A DNA stretch of 64,000 nucleotides from contig CAVOJZ010000002.1 of assembly GCA_963696395.1 (NCBI GenBank), positions 296,347-360,346 on the forward strand. The letters are read 5' to 3'. Under the pieces are notes generated by a model. It ran no database searches, was not told the DNA's origin, and saw only the letters and a list, made by a program, of their open reading frames with translations. Of this stretch, positions 45,719 through 55,263 are shown piece after piece (positions within the stretch are counted from its first letter, which is position 1; the number at the start of each line of letters is the position of its first letter). This DNA comes from an uncultured bacterium (GTDB taxonomy: Bacteria > Patescibacteriota > Minisyncoccia > UBA6257 > 2-01-FULL-56-20). The position numbers and the translations under genes were made by a program.

Positions 45719-47242
45719 ATGATTGCCTGGATTGACCGGCTTCTGAATCGGATTACGATGTACCGCCTGGTGCTCTATTTTTTGATTCTTCTGCTCGCGG
45801 TCGCTGTCGTATTCGGAGCTCTCGGGTGGCTCCCCTACAGCCCCGTTGCAATCATTTTTTCCTCGCTCTTTCTTGTAGCCGTGTGCTGGATCGCGAACGG
45901 CGTTTTTGCGCAGGTATTCAAGGCCCAGCCGAATGTTGAATCCGTTTACATCACGGCGCTTATTCTCGCGCTCATCATCACGCCAGGGATGCCGAACGAC
46001 ATGGCAACGCTTTGGTTCCTTGTCTGGGCTTCCATTATCGCGATGGCATCTAAATATATTTTTGCCATCGGGAAGAAACACATATTTAATCCCGCCGCAT
46101 TCGCCGTAGCCGTAACAGGGCTCGTGCTCGGACAATACGCAAGCTGGTGGGTTGGCGGCAATCTGCCAATGATGGCGTTCGTCATCATTGGCGGCTTGCT
46201 TGTGACACGGAAAATACAACGCTTCGATCTTGCGATCGCTTTCTTCATCGCCGCGGCGCTGAGCTGCATCCTGGCAAGTCCATTCTTTGATCCGTGGGGC
46301 ACGATCCAGAAACTGGCGCTTCACACCCCGATTTTCTTCTTTGCATTTATCATGCTCACCGAACCGCTCACCACTCCGCCAACGCGATCCCTCCGGATAG
46401 CATACGGCCTGCTCGTCGGCGCGATCTTCTCCCCCTATATTCATATTGGCTCGGTGTATTCCCTGCCGGAACTGGCATTGCTCGTGGGTAACGTTTTTTC
46501 ATATGCCGTGAGCCCCAAACGCAAACACATGCTCACACTCACGGAAAAGCACGTGGTGAGTTCGGATATTTACGATTTCAGCTTCATGCCCGACCATCCG
46601 GTTTCATTCCTCCCGGGACAATATCTTGAATGGACGCTCGCGCACGAAAAATCCGACGGCCGGGGCAATCGGCGATACTTTACCATCGCCTCGTCACCGA
46701 CCGAACAAAACGTGCACCTCGGCGTGAAATTTTATGAGCCGGCGAGCAGCTTCAAAAAACGCCTCCAGGGGATGGAGTCGGGCGAGACCATTCTTGCAGG
46801 CCAACTTGCCGGAGATTTCACCCTACCAAGCGACCAGACAAAAAAACTTGTTTTTATTGCAGGTGGCATCGGTATCACCCCGTTTCGCAGTATGGTGAAA
46901 TATATCACCGACACCGGCGAAAAACGGGATGCTGTGCTTTTCTATTCCAACCGAACTCGTGCGGAAATCAGCTACCGCGAAGTTTTCGACGAGGCCAACG
47001 CCGTTTGGGGACTGAAAACAATTTATGCCTTCACCGACGAAGCCAGCCCTGTTACCATGCCGAATGAAGCAAAAGGCCGCGTTGATGTTTCGCTCATCGA
47101 ACGCGTAGTACCGGATTATCGCGAACGAACATTCTACATTTCCGGAACCCATGCCATGGTGAGCGCCTTCAAAAAAACGCTGAATGAGCTGGGAGTGCCA
47201 CGCGCTCAGATTAAAACCGACTTCTTCCCGGGTTTTGCATAG
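45719..47242 (+). CDS. Polytopic membrane domain (RnfD/NqrB-like, with an HIFNPAAF motif) fused to a ferredoxin-NADP reductase-type FAD/NAD-binding module (NqrF-like)
   Basis: The N-terminus has eight predicted TM helices. The C-terminus carries the FAD-binding motif RRYFTIASSP and the NAD-binding motif FIAGGIGITP. Confidence 0.65.
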   Translation: MIAWIDRLLNRITMYRLVLYFLILLLAVAVVFGALGWLPYSPVAIIFSSLFLVAVCWIANGVFAQVFKAQPNVESVYITALILALIITPGMPNDMATLWFLVWASIIAMASKYIFAIGKKHIFNPAAFAVAVTGLVLGQYASWWVGGNLPMMAFVIIGGLLVTRKIQRFDLAIAFFIAAALSCILASPFFDPWGTIQKLALHTPIFFFAFIMLTEPLTTPPTRSLRIAYGLLVGAIFSPYIHIGSVYSLPELALLVGNVFSYAVSPKRKHMLTLTEKHVVSSDIYDFSFMPDHPVSFLPGQYLEWTLAHEKSDGRGNRRYFTIASSPTEQNVHLGVKFYEPASSFKKRLQGMESGETILAGQLAGDFTLPSDQTKKLVFIAGGIGITPFRSMVKYITDTGEKRDAVLFYSNRTRAEISYREVFDEANAVWGLKTIYAFTDEASPVTMPNEAKGRVDVSLIERVVPDYRERTFYISGTHAMVSAFKKTLNELGVPRAQIKTDFFPGFA

Positions 47243-47258
47243 GCTATAATAGCTCCAT

Positions 47259-48449
47259 ATGAAGGGTTCGACACAACGGGTCGCCTATTGCCCGGATTGC
47301 GGGCCGGCGACGGTCACTCACGCCATTGAACGCTGGAATGCCCGCGCCGATAGTTTTTTTGGTTTCGTGTTCCAACCTCTTGAAGCGACCTGGAACGTCG
47401 TGCGGCCTGCGGTTGCAGTCTTAAAAGCCGGACGTATGGCACCGGCGATTTTTGGGCTCATCGCGGCATTAGGGCTCGGCAAGATCGTAGAAAAACCGGA
47501 CGCAAAGACCACAGATCGGACACGTGTGCTCTGGGAAGAAGCGGAGCGACGCGGGATCTCCATGCGTGAATTCAGGCCGTTCGGTTTGGCCCGTAACATC
47601 TACTATGCAAGTTACCACGGCGATACGCGCGTGTTTGACGGCCTTCCCCGTCCGCGTCTCGCGAGTGAAGCAGCGCAGGACTGGATGGACGACAAGGGTA
47701 TTATTTTAGAAAAATTCTCCGATGCCGGCATCCCGGTTCCCCGCGGAAAAGCGGTAAAAACCGAAAAGCAAGCGGAAGAGATTTTTGCCGCGATTAATGG
47801 CGCCGTGATCGTAAAACCCGCTCTTGGTTCGCGAAGCAGGCATACCTACATGCACCTTACCGACCTCGAGAGCTTGAAGGCGGCCTTTGCGAAGGCAAAA
47901 GAGATTTCGCCGCGCGTGGTCGTCGAAGAGGAACTTCCGGGCTTCGTATTCCGCATAACCCTCATCGGCGGGAAAATTGCCGGCGTGATGCGGCGTGAAC
48001 CGCCAAATGTTATCGGCGACGGCAAACACACCATTGGGGAACTCGTCGCGGAGGAAAATAAAAATCCGGCGCGCAAGGGACCTGTTTTCCACGAACTAGC
48101 CATTGACCCCGCCATGCTCACCCAACAAGACCTGTCGCTCACCTCGATCCCCGCTAAAGATAAAATGATTTTTCTTCATCCGAAAGTCAGCAGATCATTT
48201 GGCGCATCAACGACGGAAATCGAAAATATCCATCCGGATAACCGGGCATTATTTTTAAAAATCGCGGCGGTGCTCGATGACCCTTTGGTCGGCGTGGATT
48301 TTATGATTCCCGACATGGCACGCTCGTGGCAGGAACAAAAATGCGGAGCCATCGAATGCAACAGCCTGCCGTTTATCGACATCCACCACTTTCCATTAAA
48401 AGGCCCGGCTCGCAATGTTGCCGGGTTGGTATGGGATCTTATTTTTTAA
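47259..48449 (+). CDS. ATP-grasp family ligase (RimK / CphA N-terminal-like)
   Basis: The ATP-grasp motifs VIVKPALGSRSRHT and VIGDGKHTIGELV are present. There is an N-terminal extension with a CPDCG motif and one hydrophobic helix. Confidence 0.55.
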   Translation: MKGSTQRVAYCPDCGPATVTHAIERWNARADSFFGFVFQPLEATWNVVRPAVAVLKAGRMAPAIFGLIAALGLGKIVEKPDAKTTDRTRVLWEEAERRGISMREFRPFGLARNIYYASYHGDTRVFDGLPRPRLASEAAQDWMDDKGIILEKFSDAGIPVPRGKAVKTEKQAEEIFAAINGAVIVKPALGSRSRHTYMHLTDLESLKAAFAKAKEISPRVVVEEELPGFVFRITLIGGKIAGVMRREPPNVIGDGKHTIGELVAEENKNPARKGPVFHELAIDPAMLTQQDLSLTSIPAKDKMIFLHPKVSRSFGASTTEIENIHPDNRALFLKIAAVLDDPLVGVDFMIPDMARSWQEQKCGAIECNSLPFIDIHHFPLKGPARNVAGLVWDLIF

Positions 48450-48913
48450 TCGGCGACTATCCAATCGCCAAGATGATTCAGAAAAACTTCACGTCGCTCC
48501 TCAAATCCAATTTCCTTGAGGTGAAGCCGCGGATGCGCTTCGGGGGTGTATTCGTAATGCCCGCGCACTTCGCCGTCTTTAAAAACCCGGATATGATACT
48601 GCCACTCAAAATTTTCCAACTTTCTTAAACTGATAAGCTGGTCGGGATCCTCCCATGCAATAAAATGATTGAAGTATCCCTTGCCGTGGAGATATTGGAT
48701 GAATGCATCCATTGATTTGCCCGGCGCAAGTTTGCCGATCACGAAATTCTGCCGGAAATCGTGGTGGAGGATGCGAAGTTTGATGAGGAGGTTGAGTCCC
48801 CAAAGATAACCCGGCGTTATCGCCTTCCAAAAGATATATTTAACTTGGTTCCACAGGCCGTCCGGAAAAGGTATCACGGAGTCCGGAATACGACCCTTAA
48901 AGGCTACGTCCAT
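48446..48913 (-). CDS. Hypothetical protein
   Basis: The ORF is 155 aa with no recognised motifs. Confidence 0.35.
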   Translation of the reverse strand: MDVAFKGRIPDSVIPFPDGLWNQVKYIFWKAITPGYLWGLNLLIKLRILHHDFRQNFVIGKLAPGKSMDAFIQYLHGKGYFNHFIAWEDPDQLISLRKLENFEWQYHIRVFKDGEVRGHYEYTPEAHPRLHLKEIGFEERREVFLNHLGDWIVAD

Positions 48914-48958
48914 ACGATAAATCCATTATAACATAGGGGGTTCAGCCTTTTCAATCGC

Positions 48959-50113
48959 CTACTGATATTGGATGTAGCTGGGCTGGGGGCTCAGTTTAAG
49001 GAGCTCCGGAGGCGTCAACATATGGCTTCCTGGCACACGTATGTCGTTTTGAAAAAATAATTTAAATCCGGTGAATTGCACGGGTTCGCTTGCAATAAAA
49101 TCCTGGTATGTTGTCAACTTTTGAGCCGGCGGACCAAATCCATCCATATCCATCACAATCTGAACTTCGGGCAGGGGCGTGATATTTTGATAATTCGTGA
49201 CCATCGCTTCCGTAAAACGGTGAACCACCAATATTTTCGGCGGTAAATTATTTTGTCGGACAATCGTCGCAAGCAGCTGCGCCGCGAAATTGATATCTGT
49301 TGCATCGAGCGTTCCGATGACGGTCCCGGGGCGCTTGCCGTTATGCATCGCAAACTCCGGATCGATCGAAAGCTCCACATTCGGCAGCTTGAGATATTGG
49401 GCGAGGAGCGGCACCTCCGTTTGCACGTTGCTATCGCCAACCTGCACATCAAGAAATACGACACCGTTAATCTGGTTCGCCATGCTGATCGCTTTTTGAA
49501 TCTGGCTGGGGGGCATACGGAGGCGATACATGCCATCGGCTCCGGGACTCCCCTGCGCGGTCACGGCAATATAGTCGAGCGCAGGAATCACCGGCGTCGA
49601 AGGATCCGCAGCCGCCCAAATCGCAGAGGTCGAGGCGAGCATCGCGAGCACCTGGTCGGGTGGATATTCGCCGAGAATACCCATCTGCGTTGAATAAAAA
49701 TTTCCGTAGTAAGCAACAATCCGGTTTGCCGGAAGCAATGCGCCTGCCAACGGATAGACCGCTTTCACGGGCCATGGGCTCGGAACTTTTTGATAAATAT
49801 AGGTTGACGTTGCGGTTTTCGTCGAAGAAGCGGTTGTCGATCCGACGACAGGAACCTTAACGCGGCGCACCGGCACATTCGCAATTGCCTGCATTTTCGC
49901 GTCATATACGGCGGTGTCGAGCACCGAGGTTGTCGCCGCGGCATTCGCCGGAGGTAATCCGATCGCGCTCGTCGTTGCCGTGCTTGTGGCGGAATCTTTT
50001 ACGCTATTCGCAACCGTTACCGTGCGCGAATAATGGGCAAATGCATAGGTGCCGCAGGAAATAAAAACAACGACCGCACCAATCACGATCCATTTTTTTA
50101 CACTAATCCCCAT
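48959..50113 (-). CDS. Hypothetical secreted protein
   Basis: It has a signal anchor and a Ser/Thr-rich linker. The C-terminal globular domain has an unidentified fold. Confidence 0.4.
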   Translation of the reverse strand: MGISVKKWIVIGAVVVFISCGTYAFAHYSRTVTVANSVKDSATSTATTSAIGLPPANAAATTSVLDTAVYDAKMQAIANVPVRRVKVPVVGSTTASSTKTATSTYIYQKVPSPWPVKAVYPLAGALLPANRIVAYYGNFYSTQMGILGEYPPDQVLAMLASTSAIWAAADPSTPVIPALDYIAVTAQGSPGADGMYRLRMPPSQIQKAISMANQINGVVFLDVQVGDSNVQTEVPLLAQYLKLPNVELSIDPEFAMHNGKRPGTVIGTLDATDINFAAQLLATIVRQNNLPPKILVVHRFTEAMVTNYQNITPLPEVQIVMDMDGFGPPAQKLTTYQDFIASEPVQFTGFKLFFQNDIRVPGSHMLTPPELLKLSPQPSYIQYQ

Positions 50114-50154
50114 CCCCCTATAGTATGCGAAAGGCGGCGGAATGAATAGAGCTC

Positions 50155-51777
50155 CTACTTGCCGGCGTTGAGAGCCGCCCTCGTGCCGGGTCCGACATAT
50201 CCTTTTGCGTCAAGACCATTTGCGGTTTGATACTTCATGACGGCAGCTTGCGTGAGCGATCCGTAGTAGCCGGTGGCGGAACCCGATAGGAATCCGTCGG
50301 CAATAAGCCTTTCCTGCAAAGCAGTCACCTGCGCGTCCTGCGATCCGACAGCGAGAAATTCGGTGAAATTGTACGAGGCATTTGTTGTGCCGCCTCCCGT
50401 CACGCTGCCGGCAGCCTTCGATTGCAGGGCCACAAGCTGGCTCTCAAGGGATTGAATTTCGTTCGCAAAATCGCTATTTGAAGCGGTCGCCGACGAAGTT
50501 GTCCCCGATGTAATCGTGAACGGCGAGACAACCAATTGATTGCTCGCGTTGCCCGCGACGTCAGTGACGATGATCGTGCAGTTGCTGTGTGTTCCAACTC
50601 CAAGCGTGTTAAAGGTGACCGTGTTCAATCCTGCAACCGCCGAAGTTGTCGGGCTCGAACAGTCACCCGCATAGCGGATAGTCCCCGCTTCCGTTGAGAA
50701 GAATCCATAACTCGGCGTGGAATTCGTGGATGGCGATGTGATTGCCGCCGATTGATAGATCGTTATCGGTCCGGTTACGGCCGAAGCCGTAATGGTTTTT
50801 TGCACATCGGAACCCGAGAAGGGACCGACCGTGTTGCCGTACTGATCCACAAGCGACACGCCGCTGATTTGGAGCGGATAGGTTGTATTGCTTTGGCCGG
50901 CCGCGACCGTATACGTTGCAGTGTACGTTGCGCCGTTATTCGTTGTGTACCATGAAAGCGGCACACCGTTATATGATCCCGACACCGACCGCACATTCGG
51001 CTCGGCAGTTGAAGGCGTGAGCGTGAACGTTATTGAGTTGCCTGAATATAATATTCCCGGGCTGTTGGCATTCGATGTGATATAGCCGGCGGTGCTCCCG
51101 TTGGTTCCGGCACCATTGCTTAGGATATTCACCGTCGCGCTTCCGGAATTGCCATTCGTATCGGTGAATAAAATGGTTGCGTTGATGGTCCCCTGCGCAT
51201 CGCCGCTTGCCACAGTGTAGTTCACCGTGTACGGACCGGAACCGGTACCCGTTACGCCGATGGTATGTCCGAGAATTGTCACCGTGGGATTCACAACGGA
51301 TTCATTCGTGCTGAATGTTAATGTAATCTCGCTTCCGCTCGCTGAGAACGTGCTGCCGACGTTTGCAACGTTAACCGAAACAGAGGCGAGGATTGGCGCC
51401 TGCGCGCTTGTTACGTTGTATGAACCGCCCGGGAATGCGGTGGCGGTACTCACGCTCACCACTCCGCTTCCAATCGTAATATAACCACTTGATCCATTCG
51501 TGATCGCCGGATCGCCACTCAAGGTTAGCGTTATGACGCTACTCCCCGAACCGCTGATGGAAGTGACACCAACGCCATTCAGATTTCCCGTGAAATTCGT
51601 ATAGTCCCAGCTATTCGTTGTAACGGGCTCGGAATAAATGACAGTGATAATATTTGGCCCCGTTAATTTAACGCTCACGACCGACGGCGTCGCCGCATAG
51701 GCGCTCGAGGCGACGGCAAAAAAGGCGACGACTGCAACGAGAACACCACCAACCATAGGAAAAAGTTTTTTGTTCAT
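50155..51777 (-). CDS. Cell-surface protein with Ig-like repeats and a C-terminal peptidoglycan-binding domain
   Basis: It has a signal peptide, Thr/Ser/Gly-rich beta repeats, and a C-terminal PG_binding_1-like domain (LQERLIADGFLSGSATGYYGSLTQAAVMKYQTANGL). Confidence 0.6.
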   Translation of the reverse strand: MNKKLFPMVGGVLVAVVAFFAVASSAYAATPSVVSVKLTGPNIITVIYSEPVTTNSWDYTNFTGNLNGVGVTSISGSGSSVITLTLSGDPAITNGSSGYITIGSGVVSVSTATAFPGGSYNVTSAQAPILASVSVNVANVGSTFSASGSEITLTFSTNESVVNPTVTILGHTIGVTGTGSGPYTVNYTVASGDAQGTINATILFTDTNGNSGSATVNILSNGAGTNGSTAGYITSNANSPGILYSGNSITFTLTPSTAEPNVRSVSGSYNGVPLSWYTTNNGATYTATYTVAAGQSNTTYPLQISGVSLVDQYGNTVGPFSGSDVQKTITASAVTGPITIYQSAAITSPSTNSTPSYGFFSTEAGTIRYAGDCSSPTTSAVAGLNTVTFNTLGVGTHSNCTIIVTDVAGNASNQLVVSPFTITSGTTSSATASNSDFANEIQSLESQLVALQSKAAGSVTGGGTTNASYNFTEFLAVGSQDAQVTALQERLIADGFLSGSATGYYGSLTQAAVMKYQTANGLDAKGYVGPGTRAALNAGK

Positions 51778-51864
51778 CTTATCTATAATTATACTCCTTT
51801 AGAAGATAAAAAAGGTGCAAATGCGGTTAAAAAATCCAAGGAATAAGGCACATCTCCGGAACTT

Positions 51865-52230
51865 CTATTGCGCAGGAGGAATGGGGGCAATTTTTGTTTT
51901 ATCTGTAAGCGCTAACCCGGCGGTCGCATAAAGAACCACGAGAATTATTCCGATCAATATCAATTTGATGGTGTCCGCCCACTGCCCATAATATTGGAAG
52001 AGCAAATGAAGGATGACGATGTCTGCCGCAAAGAGAAATCCGAGGCTCACAGAAAATATCATCGAAACGGCGATGCCGATTAAGACGTACGCGCCGCCGA
52101 AAATGGCAAGCGTACCCCAGTAATCGAAGAAGTTATTCGTCGATACATAATTAGCGGTGAAGTAAGCCAGAGCAACGCTAAAAAGGAAGATCATGAAACC
52201 AAAAAGCAATTTGAGGGACTGGTTCTTCAT
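51865..52230 (-). CDS. Hypothetical membrane protein
   Basis: It has four TM helices. The start was chosen at MKNQSLKLL, abutting the upstream gene. Confidence 0.4.
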   Translation of the reverse strand: MKNQSLKLLFGFMIFLFSVALAYFTANYVSTNNFFDYWGTLAIFGGAYVLIGIAVSMIFSVSLGFLFAADIVILHLLFQYYGQWADTIKLILIGIILVVLYATAGLALTDKTKIAPIPPAQ

Positions 52231-52748
52231 GTTAGTTTTTCGCGGAACTTGATGATCGAAACCGCAACAGCAACAACGAGGCCGAATGCGGTTGCAACAA
52301 CTTGTGCGAGTTGTCCCAGGCTCCATAGTTGGGAATAGAGATAGATGACCACGAATGCACCACCAACAATATTGGCATACATAAGGACTCCGTTATTTTT
52401 AATGAACATTCCCCAGATGAGAGTGCCGAAGCCGAAAATAAGGCCAAGGATCATCGCCGGAAGATCGCTACCGGAAACCGAAAGTAAATATTTAACAAAA
52501 ATGGGCAGAAAAAGCGCGATTGAAAAAGCAACGACGGCGCGGCGCGTTTGGTCGAGTTGTTCGTTCGGATCGGTAGACGCGCTATCCTCTGTCCCGAGCT
52601 TATCTTTCAAGCCGAAGGCAAAAATGAGGAACACTATGATCACCGGAACGGCAATGGCTCCGCCTGCGACACTCGAACTTGAAATGAGCACCAAGCCGAC
52701 GACCAGAATAAGGAGAGGCCAGATCAGAACAAGTCCCAAGAATTCCAT
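52227..52748 (-). CDS. Hypothetical membrane protein
   Basis: It has multiple TM helices and no recognised motifs. Confidence 0.4.
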   Translation of the reverse strand: MEFLGLVLIWPLLILVVGLVLISSSSVAGGAIAVPVIIVFLIFAFGLKDKLGTEDSASTDPNEQLDQTRRAVVAFSIALFLPIFVKYLLSVSGSDLPAMILGLIFGFGTLIWGMFIKNNGVLMYANIVGGAFVVIYLYSQLWSLGQLAQVVATAFGLVVAVAVSIIKFREKLT

Positions 52749-53053
52749 ATGATTATTCTATCATACTGCACGCTTAACTCAGCGCTCGTAATTCTTTCTT
52801 CGCCTGTTATTTTAACGTTTTTGCGTAGTACCAGCGGTGCACACACGCGGCGACATATCCAATCCAGATTCCACAGATAACCGAGACAATATCGTGGAAC
52901 GTGGCGGCGGAGGCAAGCAAGTAACCGATAATCAATATGCCAAGGGTTACAACAATAGTCCCAATATAATATTTTTTCATTTTCGTAATCAGGTTTTTGC
53001 GGCCTTTAGAAATAGACCAAACGCAGTCATGAGACCCTTAATCATACTCCCAA

Positions 53054-53914
53054 CTAAGCATCTGCAAGTCCAATTATGGATTTTTGACTTAAAAATATGG
53101 GCAGGAGACATAAAGCTAAAAGAGGCGCCGTGTTTGGATCGGTTGCCACACCAAACGGGAACGAGAAAATGCCCCCGAAATTTTGCCCAAGCCACCAAAT
53201 GACAGCAAGGAAGCCAATCGTTATCCATGCAAATGTTTTACTGGGGTAATACATCAAGAATATGCCGCCCAGAAATAGCATAAGAAAAGCGACCCCGTTA
53301 CCGATAACACCCCAGGTGACGCTGAGCGACCCAAGCCAATTCGATGCTGCAGGAACCATCGCCAACATCGAAAGCATGGTTGGCTGCCAGAACATCGGGG
53401 CGATATTTAGCATGGCTGAACCGAAAACAATAGCACCGGCAGCTACGGGAAGATAATTAATGGCTGAAGAATTTTTCTCTGCACAGAGCAGAAAGACTGC
53501 GAGAATCAGGTAGAGTAGCGCCGCTCCGGGAGCACCGGTAAAGAATGTCGCTTGGCCGGTAAATATATTGCCAAATCCTTCACCAAAAATCCAAACAACA
53601 AGTGCCCATCCGATCGAGAGCCATAAACCGAAATTGAGAATGCTTTTTCGAAATGGAAAGATCAGGAGAATGCCAATAAGCAATTGCATGAGCGCTGCCG
53701 CAAGATTGGTCCAGAATATATTGACGCTGAAAACGCGGATGCCGAAAGCGACGATTGAGCTTATGATATGCGACTGATTTTGTAAGTTTGGAGTGAGAAC
53801 TCCACTCACAAAACCATTCGTAAACATTGCCGGCTGGAGCTGCAAAACGCCATCCAAAAACCAAATGCCGCCCAGAATGATGGTGATTGCTCGGATGGTT
53901 TTATGGTCGCTCAT
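53054..53914 (-). CDS. Hypothetical polytopic membrane protein
   Basis: It has about eight TM helices. It is adjacent to a Fur-family regulator. Confidence 0.4.
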   Translation of the reverse strand: MSDHKTIRAITIILGGIWFLDGVLQLQPAMFTNGFVSGVLTPNLQNQSHIISSIVAFGIRVFSVNIFWTNLAAALMQLLIGILLIFPFRKSILNFGLWLSIGWALVVWIFGEGFGNIFTGQATFFTGAPGAALLYLILAVFLLCAEKNSSAINYLPVAAGAIVFGSAMLNIAPMFWQPTMLSMLAMVPAASNWLGSLSVTWGVIGNGVAFLMLFLGGIFLMYYPSKTFAWITIGFLAVIWWLGQNFGGIFSFPFGVATDPNTAPLLALCLLPIFLSQKSIIGLADA

Positions 53915-53946
53915 TTTTTAAGTATACAGGTTTATCCCTATACCGC

Positions 53947-54363
53947 TCATCTGGCGCATGATTTGCAGATACCATAAAATTCCAACGCATGTTGCTTAAT
54001 TTCTGCAAAATGTTTTGCCGATTTGAGAACGGAATTCTGAATCGCATCTACGCCGCAGCGATGCACGTCTTCGATTCGCCCACAGTGAAGGCAAATCAAA
54101 TGATGGTGCTCTGCAAGATCGGCAAGTTCGTAGTGCGCATGATTGTGCCGCAAATCGATTTGCCTGATGATCCCCTTTCTCTTCAGTGAATTGATCGTAC
54201 GATACACCGTGGCCTGGTCGATATCCTTTGGAAGCGCATCAAGGAGCCCCTGAACGCTCATCGGTCGTTTTGAAAGTTTGAAGACCGTCAGAATCGAAAG
54301 CCTCGCCGGGGTTGCTTTGTAGCCGCTCCTCCGAAGCATCGTTTTAAATACATCATTTGCCAT
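53947..54363 (-). CDS. fur: Fur-family metalloregulator (Fur/Zur/PerR)
   Basis: A winged HTH is followed by HHHLICLHCG..C..CKSC, which provides metal and structural zinc sites. Confidence 0.85.
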   Translation of the reverse strand: MANDVFKTMLRRSGYKATPARLSILTVFKLSKRPMSVQGLLDALPKDIDQATVYRTINSLKRKGIIRQIDLRHNHAHYELADLAEHHHLICLHCGRIEDVHRCGVDAIQNSVLKSAKHFAEIKQHALEFYGICKSCAR

Positions 54364-54387
54364 AACTTCAATCCTATTCTAAGTGCG

Positions 54388-54405
54388 AATTATTTGCAAA
54401 TAATT
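54388..54405. promoter_or_regulatory. Perfect 18-bp palindrome AATTATTTGCAAATAATT, a Fur-family box-like operator in the divergent promoter region of the fur-family gene
   Basis: The palindrome is seen directly. It lies 25 nt upstream of the regulator's start codon on the minus strand and about 60 nt upstream of the 54468 gene. Confidence 0.55.
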
Positions 54406-54467
54406 TGACCTCTCTATTGCCTCCCCTATTGTGAGAGGCAGTCCTTTCCAAAGGAGGAAAGCAACCG

Positions 54468-55226
54468 ATGACAACCGCAGCTGTGAATTATCATTGCATC
54501 GATCCACGTACGAAGTGGATCGACCTTGCAAGCGCTAAAGCGGCGCTCAGTCTCCCCGACCCGTGGCCCCTACTCGAGTCACAAAACTTCCATCCGGATC
54601 TCGTGAACCGGGCTTATGCACATCTCGCCTATGCCCTTGAGCACGATTTCGAAAACAACGCACTCGCCGTACTCGTTGCATTGGGCGCGGGGTTCGCATC
54701 GCCCTTCGACCGTTCACGATTCAATCCGCGAGGCGGCGATCCGAACCGTGAACTCAAATCGAAAGCGCTTGACGCACTCGAAGAACTGGCTGAATTCTAT
54801 GGCAACCGCGTCTCGTCCGTCGTTTGGGAATCGCTTGCACATCTTGCGTGTCGAGAAAATCCCGAAGAGGAAAAATCCATCATCAAGGAACAATCTTCGG
54901 GCACTCTGCCGCATCACTACTTGCTCGTGGATTCCGCACTTCATGCGACAGGCTTGGTCTTCACGTTCCAGATCCACGTGAACGCCGTTATGTTCCGCCA
55001 CACCGGACGCATCCTCAACCACAACTGCGATTGCAGTTGTTCGCTCATTAACCTTGAGGCGATGGACGGCGTCATCAAATACGCGCCGGGAACCGAAAGG
55101 ATTCAGGCAATGACACAATCCGTCTTCACTCACCTCCTTGCGGAAACCGTGAAGCTCATGGAATGCTTTTTGCCATTCGCCTATTCCATCACCCCGGAAG
55201 CCCGGGAAATCAAAGCGCTCCTCTAA
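54468..55226 (+). CDS. Hypothetical protein
   Basis: A GGAGGAAAG ribosome-binding site is present. No recognised domain was found. Confidence 0.4.
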   Translation: MTTAAVNYHCIDPRTKWIDLASAKAALSLPDPWPLLESQNFHPDLVNRAYAHLAYALEHDFENNALAVLVALGAGFASPFDRSRFNPRGGDPNRELKSKALDALEELAEFYGNRVSSVVWESLAHLACRENPEEEKSIIKEQSSGTLPHHYLLVDSALHATGLVFTFQIHVNAVMFRHTGRILNHNCDCSCSLINLEAMDGVIKYAPGTERIQAMTQSVFTHLLAETVKLMECFLPFAYSITPEAREIKALL

Positions 55227-55263
55227 CCCTATCGGGCGGGAATCATTTCCCGCCCATCTTTTC

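Noticed and set aside
51865-52748. Two overlapping membrane ORFs considered as a single frameshifted gene
   Set aside because: The downstream ORF has its own in-frame Met (MKNQSLKLL) right at the upstream stop, which is consistent with two abutting genes rather than a frameshift. The alternative is not excluded.
52808-53202. A plus-strand 121-aa ORF (52837-53202)
   Set aside because: Its composition is low-complexity. The opposite strand at 52808-52981 encodes a more plausible 57-aa single-TM peptide (MKKYYIGTIVVTLGILIIGYLLA..), but that is too short to assert and is left unannotated.
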